This document shows positions 25,596 to 38,514 of a DNA stretch of 64,000 nt, piece after piece. The DNA is from Lama guanicoe (lineage: Eukaryota). Location: contig MU054220.1 in the NCBI GenBank assembly GCA_013239625.1, positions 1,169,509 to 1,233,508 of the forward strand. The letters run 5' to 3'. The stretch's first letter is position 1. The number at the start of each line of letters is the position of its first letter. The translations under genes were made by a program, and so were the position numbers. Below the pieces are notes generated by a model that saw nothing but the letters and a program-made list of their open reading frames with translations, was not told where the DNA came from and ran no database searches.

Positions 25596-26624
25596 GGCAT
25601 GATTGCAGACTACAAGAATACACCTCTACTAGATGTTCAAACTGCTAATGAGCCAGAGCTCACATACTCCCGTAACCATACGGTGGACCAAAACCAAGAC
25701 ACAGCATCTCCCAGCATCCCTGTTAGGTCCACCAAACCATACGTTTAGAAGCAGCTGGGTCACCATGCCAATGCAGGAAAACAGAAGCCATTTCTTTCAC
25801 ATCTCCTTCCCCAGATGGTGGCTCTGGCAGGGAGGAGGATACCACCTTTATGGACTCCCTGCTAGGAGCTGGGCACTGTGCTAAGCCCTTGATCCACTGG
25901 CCTGCCCAGCATGGCAGAGAACGCCAGTGCACACCAAGACCCACGGTTCTCTCCTTCCTGGGTACGTGACCAAATGCGATTGCCCTACCAGTGGAGTGTG
26001 GATGAAAGTGGCACACCTGGTCTGTAGAAACCTCCCATACACTGTCTTCCAGGTTCCCTTCCTCATCGCCCACCTGGACAGTGACACTCTGGGTGACCTT
26101 GACAGCCTTGGGTTAAAGACGGCCTGTATCAGCCTAGGTCCTTGAACAGTGCAGGCCACATTAAAGTGTGACATGGGTATGAGCTGTCACAATCTGGGAG
26201 TTGTTTGTTATAACACTAGTTACTTTACCCAACTCATCCAATCTATGTCACTCTCTTGGAAATGATACAAACTAAATCACATTTTTTATTTACCCAACCA
26301 ATGGCTCAAGGACACCACTGGCTTTAATAGCAGAAGTTCCTTAATCTCTCAGGTAATGCCAGACCCCATCTCCATCCCAAATTGTCCAAGAACAGGCCAA
26401 AGGGCTCCTGCTTCCAAAGGCCATGTGGGGAAAGAGAAGAATTTAAGTTTGGTCATTACCAGGTAAGCAGTTCTACGTAATCTGATGGATGTGTACTGAC
26501 TCCTGCAGCTAAGCCACAGTTAGGGTCCATCCTGGAGCTCCCAGGCTGCAGTTAACTTTTTTCATTGTCACAGGTCCGAGCTAGCGCTCCCCTGAAGTCT
26601 GTTAGTTCAGGATGGCTCAAATCG

Positions 26625-26799
26625 AAAAAGTGTTTAGCCCTCAAGGGTTTAGCTATACAAAACCAACCCCCACATCCACACTTGTATGCTGAACCTACAT
26701 CACCAAAACTAAAAAAAGTGTTTAGCCCTCAAGGATTTAGTTATACATAAACCAACCCCCACATCCACACTTGTATGCTGAACCTACATCACCAAAACT
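26625..26799. repeat. ~87-bp tandem duplication (2 copies)
   Basis: aaaaagtgtttagccctcaagg...catcaccaaaact at 26625-26710 and 26713-26799; two substitutions and one 1-nt indel. Confidence 0.95.
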
Positions 26800-27339
26800 G
26801 GTCCCCCTTTCCCTCATTGTGGGCATCCTCTTGGGCTTTTAATATTCTTTTATGCTGATGGATCATGGTCAGTGTCACCATGAACCACCAAAACAGATTT
26901 CCTTAACTGCAAATCTCAGAGACCAAAAGCACAGGGGGTGGGGGCTTCGAATTTAGCTGTTTCCTTCCCAGAATGCGCCTTGAGCAATTTGCATGAAAAT
27001 TGTGCACACCAAGCGGAGAGGCAGTTTTTGCTTTGCCTCAGGAAAGATGTAATAATCATAAGTACCTATACTCACTACATCTGCGTAATTAAGCAGGGCA
27101 CTCAGTTAACGTCTCAGAACAAAGACATCTACTCCAAGGAAACTTTCTCCCTCTTCCTATATAAATCTGGAATTCTGCACACACTGTCTTGCTTGAAGTT
27201 GTGACTAAATGCTATTACTCTCATTTTGCAGATGAAGAACCAGAGGTTCAAAGAGGTGAAGTGGCTTGTCTGCAGTCTCACAACTAGCAGGTGGTCAGCT
27301 AGGACACCAGTCAGGGCCACCTGACTCCAAAGCCTAGAG

Positions 27340-27742
27340 CAGGTTCTGAAGATCAGAAATCTGGGAGCGGCTTAGCTGGGTGGTTCTGGCTCAAGGCCTC
27401 CCAGGAGCTTGCAGACAAGCTGTTGGCCTGAGGCTGCAGTCATCTGAAGGCTTGACAAGGGCTGGAGAAGCTGCTTCCAAGATCACTTGGCTGTGGGCAG
27501 GAGGGTCAGCTCCTTCTTATAGAAATCTTCTTATAGGGTTGCTAGTGAGAGACAGACAGACAGACAGAAAGAAGCTGCAGAGTCTTTCAGAACCTGATCG
27601 CAGAAGTAACATAACATCACTTCGGCTGAATTCTCTTGGTCACGCGGGCCAACCCTGGAACAATGCGGGAGATACAGTGGCACAGTAGGGTGTGGACACC
27701 AGGAAGTAGGCAGCACTGGGGGCCTTCTGGGTTGGCGACCAC
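27340..27742 (-). mobile_element. MaLR LTR relic (MLT1F/G-like)
   Basis: gggagcggcttagctgggtggttctggctcaagg...gctgcagtcatctgaaggcttgac. Confidence 0.65.
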
Positions 27743-27977
27743 ATGGGATTTTTTCCCCTTCTTTTTCTTATCTAAATGTCCTAAATTTGTTTTACTGTAA
27801 ACATATAAAATAAATTATAGGGGGGAAAGCTACCAGCTGCTAGCAAGGGCATTTTCCTTCGCCCTGCCGTTGACTTGAATGCATCCCGTATTCACCTCCG
27901 TGTTCCTTTTCCAATCCTGTTTTCCTCCATCGCCTGTTCACACCCTAACGAAGGATCGCTTTCTCAGCCTGGTCCTC

Positions 27978-27996
27978 TGGCGCCACCTCGTGGCAG
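27978..27996 (-). promoter_or_regulatory. CTCF-binding motif
   Basis: Minus strand CTGCCACGAGGTGGCGCCA closely fits the CTCF core CCACnAGGTGGCGC. Confidence 0.6.
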
Positions 27997-30900
27997 CATC
28001 CAAAGTAGCCGTCCTTGGCTGACAGCTGTTAACTCCTGGGTTAGATGGTTTTACCCTACCTGCCTACAGGAAAGTGACTTTGGTAGGATGTAACTATAAT
28101 TTACTGGGGAAAGCCTAGGGTCTCTTTTTCCCCCTCAGTGGGCTCAGGGATCTTCCACATTCATCCACAAAGGGAGCTGTGGGATCGCAGAAAGGATGGG
28201 AGGGCTGTAAGAACTTCGGGGGGCAGGGCTAGTCCGCTTTTCTCCCTGCCTCCTTCTGCTCCCCAGATGCCAACAGGACCCTCCACCCTGGCAGACCCTC
28301 GCTCAGCCAGGAGCGAGAAGGTGGTCCCTTGTTTCACAGCTCAGCATCTAATCTCCAAAAACTAAGCTTTCACTTTAACAAGCCACTGGCCGCAGGAAGT
28401 ACTCAAAGAAAGCCTTGGGTTCACGCTCATTTTAAAGAGCTTTGTAAAACTGGACAAATATATTCTGAAATATGTTGCTGTTTATTGTATCGGGTCAAGA
28501 AGGGGAGAAATGTTAAGACTAATAAAAACTTTAGCCAAGTACTCTGTACTCATTGGGAAAAATTATAAAATGTAGGCAGGTAAAAATAAAACTAAAAGCC
28601 GCCTGTAACCCCACCATCACATTATTCCGGAGTTGTTCTTGTCTTCTTATGCACGTGTCTCATTTTTTAATGGAATTATTCCCTTATAGTTCCATAAATT
28701 GCTTTTCTCACTTCCACTTTAGCTGTTATAAGAGCCCAGGTGATCACTTGATTTTTATTTCCCATGGTATCTCCGTTTCTAGGCTCCACAAGGGCAGTCT
28801 TTTATCAAATTAAGTGCTAGAAGCAGGAGACTTGAGTGTCGGGCTAGATTTGGAACGAGTACTGTCACTTCTGTGCGCATCCATGGTCCGAGGCAAATTG
28901 CACAGCCCTGTCTTAAGTGCAAGAGGAGAGGGGATACGTCAGCCCACCAGCATCACCCGTCTCAGATCCACCCATCTCTCTGCAGATTTCCTGCCACAAC
29001 CCTCCCATGTCACCATCATCTATTTCCAAAACCAGTGCTAAACCAGAGCCTCTGACAGACTTCCCTGCTGCCAGCCTCCCCTCCTGCATCTCCTTCTTCC
29101 TACAGTGACCAGCACTGTCAGGACTCTTGTGGAAACTCTGATGGCCTCCCGCTGGCTGTCGACTAACTGCCCATCTCCTGACCACGGCTCACGAAGGCTG
29201 ACTCGATCAGCCCCTGACAACCCCTCTGGCTTCATATGGTGCCCTTTGCTCCATCCCCAGCAAGGGCCCCAAGTCCATGGTCTTCTCACCACTCTTCAAA
29301 GTGCCAAGTTCATTCCCGCCTCCGGGTCTTGGCACACGCTGGCCCTGCTGCCCACGCCCTCCGGGGCTGCCTTCCCATTCCAGCCTCCACGTGTCCGCAG
29401 ACACATGTTCGATACCTTCTTAGTTTCCTGTCTCTCCCGTGGGCCCTTAAATTCCACAAGGGCTGGGATCATGCCCGTTTTGTTCACAAACGTCTATCCC
29501 GAGGGCCCACTGCTGGCCTATGGTAGATGACCAACACAAATTTAAGCCGATAAATAAATAGCTACACTTACTGGGTGTTTAACGTGTCCCAGGCAATATG
29601 CTGAGTGTCTCAGCACGTTACCACATCAAGATCATAACCACGCGCCCACGTGCAGAAAACTTACCTGCCGTCTTCTTTCTTCCTGAACTTATCCTCTGCA
29701 GGGACATGACGCTGAAGCCTGGAAACTGCCCCATGGAAGGTGTAGCAGTCAAAACACTCGGATGGATTCAAAACACATGTGGAAGATGCCCTCCTACGGA
29801 ACTGAGGCTCTGAACTTCCTTGGCTCTAATAGGACGTCCACCTGCACGCGCCTCTGCTCAGGCACATGGCGCTGTGTATTCAACAAGCCACAGATGCTGC
29901 CCACCAGACACTCCAGGCAAACTTCAGCTCTCTGCACATACTGCTCACCAAAAGTAGAAAAGTTCTATGATTTCCACTTAGTTGGGGCAGGGGGAGAACT
30001 AAAAGCTCGGGCCTCCAAACTTTCGGACCTGCACCATCCTCTGTACCATCATCCGTGCAGAAGCATCTCTTTCAAAGAAAACTATTTTCTATCCTCAGTG
30101 AGGGGAATAATCATGTCTGGAATAATTACACTGTCGTGTGCTCCAGATCTGTGCTTTTCTGCCTCATCAGAAAAATAATTACAGCAACAGACCTCGGGCA
30201 GACCTGAACAGACCAAGGGAATCCATGCCTGGAAAGGTGACCTGACTTCACCTAGGACTTCACAGTAAACAACTCAGGAATGTGCTGGAATTGTCTCTGG
30301 TTATTTTGCAGTTGGCAAGCAGGCCAGCGTTTAGCCTGTCGTCTCCAGATGGTTGGGACAGGCGAGGAGGACGACAGATAAAGAAAGAAAGGGAAGGGGG
30401 AGACAGAGATTGAGAGGGTGCAATCAGCAAGGCAAACGAAAGGTCTGATGGGACCCCTTCCTGATCTGCCCGATGGCACTGGCCGCTGAGGACCTAGTGC
30501 AGCCTGGAGGGAACACATCTCCCATTGAACGTGCTACATGGAGCGTAGCCTGTGCTGTGGAGGAAATCATACCTTTTACTTTTATTACCCAGCCAAGTGT
30601 CTGGGGTGTCCTTCCTTCCAACCTGCTGTGGTCACTCACCCTTGTGACCTTCGTGCAGTTTCCATCCAAAGACAGTAGTGAAGGCAAACGTGTGTGTGTG
30701 TATGTCTGTGTGTCTGTTTACTTACGCACATCCATACATACATACATACACACGCCTGGTGCAGCATCTTAAGGGTGAGGCCGTTAGTCAACCAGGCATA
30801 CAGTCCCAGGGCTGTCCCTTGCCAGGGTCATCAGCCACCACCTCCCCTCATCTCCCCCCTCCCCGCATGCCCACCTCCCAGCCCCGCCCCTCACCGAAGT

Positions 30901-31514
30901 CCCCACCATCCTCCAAGCAAAGCATGCACACCTCCCCACCGTGTTGCTTCCCTGTGTCCTGCTGCAAAAATTCCGCTCAAGATTCTGCTCATGTGCCACC
31001 CACTCTTATTCTGCCACCTGTCCCTTCCAATCTCCTCTGGTATTTCTCAGGCTGCGTTTTGCGAGTGCATCACACGTGCTCCTGGACCCTCCCTCTGGAC
31101 GGTCCACTCCTTACAGGCAGGACTTGGGCTGCACTTCCCTCTGTCTCCCCGACGGGCCTGAGGCATGGGCACTGCCGTCCGGACAGCCTCTCTTCCCTTC
31201 CCCTCGAGCAGAAGTTGCCCCACTGTCTCGCTGACACGGTGTAACGGCTCTGCCCCATCGTGTGACAGCCACGAGCCGGTGCGTCAGGAAATGAGACGCT
31301 AATTTTCTCCAAATTTCCCCATCTAAGATCCTGAAGACTTTATTCACACACATTGTCTGTCTGTCTCCTCTTATCAGAATGTAAGTTCCACGGGGCAGAG
31401 ATTTCAGTCCACTTTGTTTGCAGTTGAACCCTCAGCCCCTGAGGAATCGTGGCCAACGCACAGTAGGCACTCAGTACATCACTGCAGAATGGATTCACTG
31501 GTTCCAGAAGAGGC

Positions 31515-31613
31515 GGGGTGTGGGGTATAGCTCAGTGCTGCAGCGTGTGCTTAACGTGCATGAGGTCCTGGGTTCAAACCCCAGTACCTCCGTAAAGAAG
31601 AAAAATAAAAAAA
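31515..31613 (+). mobile_element. tRNA-derived SINE (vic-1-like)
   Basis: A/B boxes and A tail; same family as 5496. Confidence 0.85.
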
Positions 31614-31924
31614 ATTCTGTTTTTTTAATCTCAAAACAAAATCATCTCAGTCTGTTTAGACTTTGCATCAAAGGCGTAAGGGAGTGAGATGAAAGGAAAA
31701 CTACCCAAACTGCCACAGAATCCCAGCTATTCCGAGATTCCCTGAATCCATCAACCAAAAGACTCTCTCAAAACCCTGGAGGCTTGTCTACGGCAAGGAT
31801 GCACGACCAAGTGGCGCCTGTCCGCCTGCAGACCCACACATCCGACCTCCGAGAGCATACGCAGTCACATCTTAGCTGCACACTCGCTTCTCCCCGTCTC
31901 CTCTCCACTTAACACCCCAGATGT

Positions 31925-32306
31925 GTGTTTTGTGTGAACTACGTCCCCCTCAGAATTCATATGCTAAAGTCCCAACCCCAGCGCCTCAGAACACAATTGT
32001 GTTTGGAGATGGGGGTCTTTCAAGAGGTAATTAAGGTAAAATTAGGTCATTAGGGTGAGCTCTGATTCGCTTCAACTGGTGCCCTTTTAAGAAAGGAGAC
32101 TGGGACACATAGAGGGAAGACTGTGGACAGACGCGGGGAGAAGATGGTCGTCTACAGGCCAAGGAGAGAGGCCTCAGGGGCAGCCCGCCTGCCAATGCCC
32201 GGATCTCGGATTTCTGGCCTCCGGAACCGTGAGGAAATAAATTTCTCTCGTTGAAGCCCCTCGGTCTGTCGTACTTTGTTACACCAGCCCCAACAAACCG
32301 AAACCA
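31925..32306 (+). mobile_element. MaLR solo LTR (MLT1B/C-like)
   Basis: gtccccctcagaattcatatgctaaagtcc...aataaatttctctcgttgaagcc...gtactttgttac. Confidence 0.8.
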
Positions 32307-32463
32307 TGTGGAAAATCCCGCGGGAAACGTGTTTTTGTTAAAGGATGCCCCAGCTGGACGCAGGCCAGCAAACTGCTCGGTAAATGAAACGGTGGGGGTG
32401 TCAAGTAAGGCCGGGGGACGGGGGACCAAACAAACAAACAAAGGCATAATGTGCTGACACTTT

Positions 32464-32471
32464 TTTATATT
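32464..32471 (-). terminator. Candidate distal PTPRJ poly(A) signal (AATATA/TATAAA variant)
   Basis: mRNA-strand aaatataaaaaa followed ~25 nt later by tttgtttgtttgtttgg; upstream UGUA elements. Confidence 0.5.
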
Positions 32472-34008
32472 TGGTATTTGTAAGTCTTTTTAAAAAAATT
32501 TTTTTCAGGCCATTTTTTTTCCTTAAAAAACAAACAAACAAAAAAAGCAACCGACAGCAATACTCTGTACAGGTATAACAAACATTAGAAATATGCATCA
32601 TTCCAAAATAGTTACAAGAAAATTACAGTTTGAGAGTCCACACCAACACAGCCTATTCATAGGTGCCCCCAAGGCGGGGAGAAGCCACGGCACGTTGAGT
32701 ACGCGGCTGCTCCACGTCGCCTGAACTCAGAGCGTGGACTTTGGAGGCAAGTCAACACCAGTCACCCACACTTGTTTAGTTCAACAAGTGCAATCCAGCA
32801 TTTCAACAGAAAACCAGGCTTTCTCATCCCAGATGAAAAGCAGACATTAATCAGCTGCGGAGCTGGCCCCCGACCCCCAGGAGCTTCTGACTCGGGGATG
32901 CCCAAATCCAGGGGCGTCAATTATGCCAAAATCTAGCTGGAGGTCTTCCTACGGCCACAGGGAACAGACAAGAGCACCCTTTCCTCCTGGTGCTAATCAT
33001 CACTAAATTCACCTTTGGAGGCAAGATGTCCCTGCTCTTGGGAGAAGATGTCGAGGGACTAAATCCCCTAAACCAACTAGTCCCACCCTGGCTGGCTCCC
33101 TGTACGCGGTTGTCAGATCCTGAGCAGGCGCATTCACACCCTCCTCCAGTCTTCGGTCTTCGTTCCTGGCAGGGTTTGGGGCAGGAGCTCAAAAGCACTG
33201 CCTCTTTTCTGTGACCAACCTCCAGCCCGTGTGTCCTTTATATTTACACGTTCATCTTCCCTTTTCAATCACTGTGCTATAAATACCCTCACCACCCGCC
33301 TTGGCCCGTCCCCAGGCCTCTTCAGGATGCAGAGAAGCATGGTGACCTTCGTGTGACCTGCCCATTTGGAACCCAGACCTCTGCACCGCAAGCCTTCCTC
33401 CCAGGACTGACAGTGACGTCAGAGAGCGACTCGTGGCGCTGCTGCTCATTTCCCAAGCTCATACCGGGCGGAAAGGCGGAGGATCTCTGTTTTTTGCATT
33501 TTTATACAATATGTTTATCATTATTGTTGCTTTAATCTTTAAAAGGAATCTTTCAAGTCCTTCCCTCTGACTTGATGACGTGGGCAGGGCGTAGCGTCCA
33601 TGTGGGATTTGACAGCCAGACACCCATCACCATGGTTTCCTGACAAACTGGAGTGGGAAAGGGTGTGACCCATGGAGCTGCTGCCTGGAAGAAGTCTGGG
33701 AACTCTCCAAGATCTGCATGCGAGGGGCAGACCAGCATGACGGTTTGGAAGCCACCCGCCCAAACCCAGCTTCACTCCACACCCCGGGAACAGCATGGCT
33801 TCCCTGATTCAGACCTTCTGAGCCAAAGGCCTCTTTGAAGTGGAGTCCAGGGGACCCAGCCTGGCCTGGCCAGCCCACTCCTTGAAGGGCCCGATACTGA
33901 ACTGAACTAATTACGACCCAAGAGAACAAAGGATTCAGCCAAAAAGTGCAATTTCTGCTCGGGAAGTAAGGTTGTCCCAACACACGACACCACCATCACC
34001 ACCTCTCC

Positions 34009-34014
34009 TTTATT
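34009..34014 (-). terminator. Candidate proximal PTPRJ poly(A) signal AATAAA
   Basis: AATAAA followed by GU-rich ggtggtgatggtggtgtcgtgtgttggg. Confidence 0.45.
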
Positions 34015-35911
34015 CCTTTAAGTACCTCACAGGGAAAGGGAGACGAGACGCGTACAGCACTGAACCTCTGAGCCAAGTCAAGGGTCTTCAGTACATTGTG
34101 GTTCATCCTTCATAACCCTAAGATACTCATTCTCCCTGTCCAGTCAGTCATCAAAGTGCCGGCGAGCTGAGGAGCGTGGCAGGGTCAGGAGACGGGCTCT
34201 CCCAGGCCAACCGGGGCCGGGGCCCTCGGAGGAGACCCCACTCCCATTTCCAGTAGGACACACTGTCCTAAGTTCACAGCAGGATCTACTACTGTGGGAA
34301 ATGGCCACGGAGCTCCGGGAACCTGGTAATTCCTTCATAAGACCTGGACACTTCATTGCCTATCAGAGGATAAACTCAACACATCTTCAAAATAGAACCT
34401 GAGCCACAGTACAAAATAAAAAGAAACAAATCCTGTCATGTTAATGCCTTGAGAAGTTTACAGATTATGTACCAATAAAATAAATCCACATAAATTCGGA
34501 AATTCTTGGTAGAGACACACCTGAAAGCCAAAAAACACAATTAATCTACAGGTTTTTTTTTAAAAAAATCAAAGTAATTACAGCAGCAGTAGAGTGAAAA
34601 GAGGTTTTAAAAATAAAAATTACATCTTTGATACAAATTCGAACTTTGTACACCTCATTTCAAAGGAATGACTGTTTTAAGAGTTTAGTGTATATATATA
34701 TGTATATATATATATACAGTAATACGGATATGTGTCATTGCAGATACAGACTAAAGCCAGTAGACTTTGAGGAAAGAGGGATTAATCTGACACTGTTTTC
34801 ACACGCAAGTGTTCACAGATTGCCACGCTTTTAAAACACACACACACACGCAACGCACATGGACACACAGAGACACATAAAATGCCAACCTGAGTAAAAC
34901 GTGACTACCTACCTAGAGAGCCTCATGAATCACTAAGTCACATATTGCACCTTTAAATAATCCTTCTTACCAAACACAGAAATGAGAAAAAAGGTGGAGC
35001 GGGGATGACAAAAGATTATTGTGTCACGTGGGGTTCCTCTGTGTCCCCCCACAGAAGTTCCTCAGCGGGGGATATTTAGTTTCCACTTGCACTCAACCAG
35101 TGGGCAGACAATGTGGCCATCTGAAGCATCTTTGGGGAAGAAGAGGAGGGGAGAGGGGGCGAAAGAAGAGAACACAAAACAGGGGATGGGGAAGTTGGGG
35201 GGTTACGGGGGGAGACCTCCTCTAGATGAGGACAGGAATGTTACTGAGAAGGCTGAACCTCTGATGCTAGACTACTGTTTAAATATTCCGCCTGTTCCAA
35301 TTATGAGATTCAATACAAAAATAGAGATATCTACCGAGTTTTGCCTGTGGAAGCACAATTCAGAAAAGGCACATGTTCAAATAGAAAACCCAGGCAGAGG
35401 AGGCACTGGGTACCCCTCCCTCCGTGATAAGCATCCACAATTACGTAATTTTCCACCAGCTAGACTCCAAGATACAGTAGGTAAAAATAGACCTCTGATA
35501 CTTAAAATATATTCAACCCAACACAATCCTGGCTTTAGCATGTGAATCATATAAAATAGTCTTTTTAAAAAAAAAATGTCTTGGAAAAGAAAAAAGAAAA
35601 TCATAGCTCACTTTTCCTGGTGTTCTGTAATTCTCAAGAAAACAAAAACAGAAACAAAAACAAAAGTGAACTCATCCCGTCGGTAATCAGGAATGTAGAT
35701 GATTCGCTCGCCACCCATTTACAGCCCCGACAGCCCCAACTGCTCATCGGTCGTGTTTGACATGCGCAGCGTCACACTTTCAAGTTAGTTCTAACGAAAC
35801 AGAACAAAGAATTAGGATATTAGACATAGAGAAACACGTCAACATCGGGGCATTTCCCTTCGCTGTGGGTGTGATGGTCTGGTTAAACTCCAGAAAGGTT
35901 TTCCTTTGGAA

Positions 35912-36070
35912 TTAGGCAATGTAACCGTTTGTCTTTCCAAATGCGGTCACTGGTGCGAGGTTTTCATAGATTGTCATTGCGGTCGTGTTCTGGTAGATGA
36001 GATCCACTTTTGAGTCCTTCTGGGATCTGATAATATCCAAAACACACTGATTGAGGAAAACATACTGGTC
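35912..36070 (-). CDS. PTPRJ: PTPRJ last coding exon (exon 25): DQYVFLNQ...YQNTTAMTIYENLAPVTAFGKTNGYIA*
   Basis: AG acceptor, Q-loop, YxN motifs and C-terminal GYIA; TAA at 35912-35914. Confidence 0.97.
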   Translation of the reverse strand, partial: DQYVFLNQCVLDIIRSQKDSKVDLIYQNTTAMTIYENLAPVTAFGKTNGYIA

Positions 36071-36681
36071 CTGTTAAAAAGAGAAAGAGAGAAAGCAAAT
36101 GAGCCCAGGTCCCAGACATTAGTACCCCTCCAACCCTGCCCACTCCACAGAGAACACTTCCAGGTAACATGTGTCCAGAGGTAATAACATTCTGGTGAAA
36201 TATGAAACCACAGACGGCAAGATTCTCACCATTAATGATTCTCAACCAGGGGGCAGGGCACACTCCCTACAGGTCCCTTCCCCAAGAAGAAGGACCAGAA
36301 CCTTGAGGGAAAGGCAAAGACAGAACGTGGAGGAAATAACCCACACGTACATTCACTCAAAAGTCCAACCAGATTTTCTTGGCTAGTGAGGATGTGCAGA
36401 ATGAGGAGTAAACTGTGTTTTCTCAGTAGAGGGGTGGGTTAAAGGGGGATGATCGAGGTTGAGCTGGGCGTCCCCACCCACTGGGGGGCGGGGAGCGGAG
36501 AGACTGGAGTAACGATCAGGGTAGCTCTTAAGGTAAGCACATCAGAATGTACAGGTAGCCACTAAAAAGAGGAAGAAGAGGTTATGCTGACACAGAAAGA
36601 CATCCACACGCTGTAAGAGGAAAAAAAAATCATCACAGGGCAGCATTATGTATAAAATAGGACCCAAGTTTTAAAATATGC

Positions 36682-36684
<3 letters not shown>

Positions 36685-36712
<28 letters not shown>
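36685..36712. repeat. (TG)n microsatellite
   Basis: Directly visible. Confidence 0.95.
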
Positions 36713-37516
36713 ACACATTTGGTTTTTCACAGATGTCCATAAAGAAGCCTGTAAAGATATATGTAAACTGTAAACCTTGGCTACCTCTAGGCAGTGGGAC
36801 TGGGAAAGAAAAAGTAAAAGAGAAAAATGTCCTCAATATAACCCTGTACTGTTAAATTTTTTGATATGAACAAGTTTATGTTATTTTCAAAATATTTTTT
36901 AAAAGGATGAGAAGATCTGTAGGCAGGTATAAGATTTCTGTGTTCCTCAAAAGCAAATAAAAGACTGAGAACTATGACGCTATGTCAGAAAAAAAGATTA
37001 TCTCTCTTCCGACCAGCCTAGGAGGTGACTTCCACCCTTCCCACCACAGCCAGGCTGCTCAGCCCGAAGCATGCAATGTACCCAGGCCTCTAGAACACTC
37101 CCTGCTGGACCCAGAAGCACAGCGCATATTCATAAAGTTCTAAATTAGTACAGGGTAACGGCCTGATGCGAGATTAGTATTCTGCTCTCATCCTGGTCAA
37201 GGTGGACTCAGCCCTACAGCTTTGAGGAAAGCTATTTCTCACCCGCTTGCCAAGAATATGCCTTGAACACATTATTTATCAGGAACATTTCAGGGACAGC
37301 CAAACCCAGTAGTTGTACACAAGCGACACTGTAGATGTTAAGCATGCGTTTTCTCAGCTGGTCACCATCCTCCTGCAGCCATGATCACTGCGGATCTTTA
37401 ACATTTACAAGGCGGGGTGAGGATCCATTGCTGTGTTAATGCTTAAAGCAGAATTATGCTATTTCATATCATTAATATTTGATAAGTCCATTTCATTAGC
37501 TTATTTTAAGGATGGT

Positions 37517-37630
37517 GGTGGGTGGGTATAGCTCAGTGGTAGAGTGTATGCTTAGCATGCACAAGGTCTGGGTTCAATCCTCAGTACCTCCATTAAAAAA
37601 GAAAAAAAATTTTGAAAAAAGGAAGGAAAA
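37517..37630 (+). mobile_element. tRNA-derived SINE (vic-1-like) with 9-bp TSD
   Basis: TSD aaggatggt at 37508-37516 and 37631-37639. Confidence 0.88.
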
Positions 37631-37929
37631 AAGGATGGTTAGGCCTTCTTAGAAACCAAGAGTGAAAAGACCAATTTTACGAGTTTAAACCCGAAGCCAA
37701 AGTTCAGAGACTTGCTAAGTTGGTGAGCCAGTGGCAGCAAGGTGAGAAATCTTGATACCATCCCAGTTTGCAGCTGCTATCAGTACCACTATGTCACTGT
37801 ATCAGGTGGTTCAATCCCATAGCAGTTTAGGATCTTAAAAGAAACAGAGTGCTACTTCACAGCCGAGAGCCAGAAAGATCTGGAAGGTGGAATGTTTTAA
37901 CACACGTGTGTGACCCGACACAACATTTA

Positions 37930-38139
<210 letters not shown>

Positions 38140-38514
38140 TCAGCACAGGCTCTCTCTGCCGTAAAACTCTCCAGTTCCCCCATCTGTGTGCACACTTGCT
38201 CTCCTGCGTTATCAGGGTTCGAAGGGCAAGCCCAGGACCATTAACCATCAGCCCAATGGAAACCTCCATGAGTCAGATTGTACTAGCTTGGAACTGGGGT
38301 CCAAGTGCTAAAGCTACTTCCAAGTCCAACACCACGAATAAAACACCTCATCAGAGCTTCTTAAATCTCAGTCCCATTCAAGTTGCCACCACAGTCTAGG
38401 ATGGCAAGTTCTATCAATTTATTCCCCATGGGACAAGAAGGGCCCTCCTTCCTTCTGTCCTAAATTAATTCCTTTCACTTTAACTCTAACTTCTTATTGT
38501 TGTGGAGGAGAGGG

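Larger units (their letters stand above)
32447..35911 (-). other. PTPRJ: PTPRJ 3'UTR (~3.5 kb; distal end approximate)
   Basis: Stretch with no recognisable interspersed repeats downstream of the stop; U-rich tracts on the mRNA strand; ends at a variant PAS plus GU-rich element. Confidence 0.65.

Noticed and set aside
28800..31400. Many overlapping 60-190 aa ORFs downstream of PTPRJ
   Set aside because: No recognisable domains; GC-rich, L2/MIR-derived sequence yields long ORFs by chance
31802..31820. Second CTCF-like motif gcacgaccaagtggcgcct
   Set aside because: Mismatches at highly constrained core positions; too weak to call by eye
35810..35914. Open frame of 33 codons after the PTPRJ stop (possible read-through)
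   Set aside because: TAA-T is not a leaky context and read-through would mask the conserved GYIA terminus; length is compatible with chance
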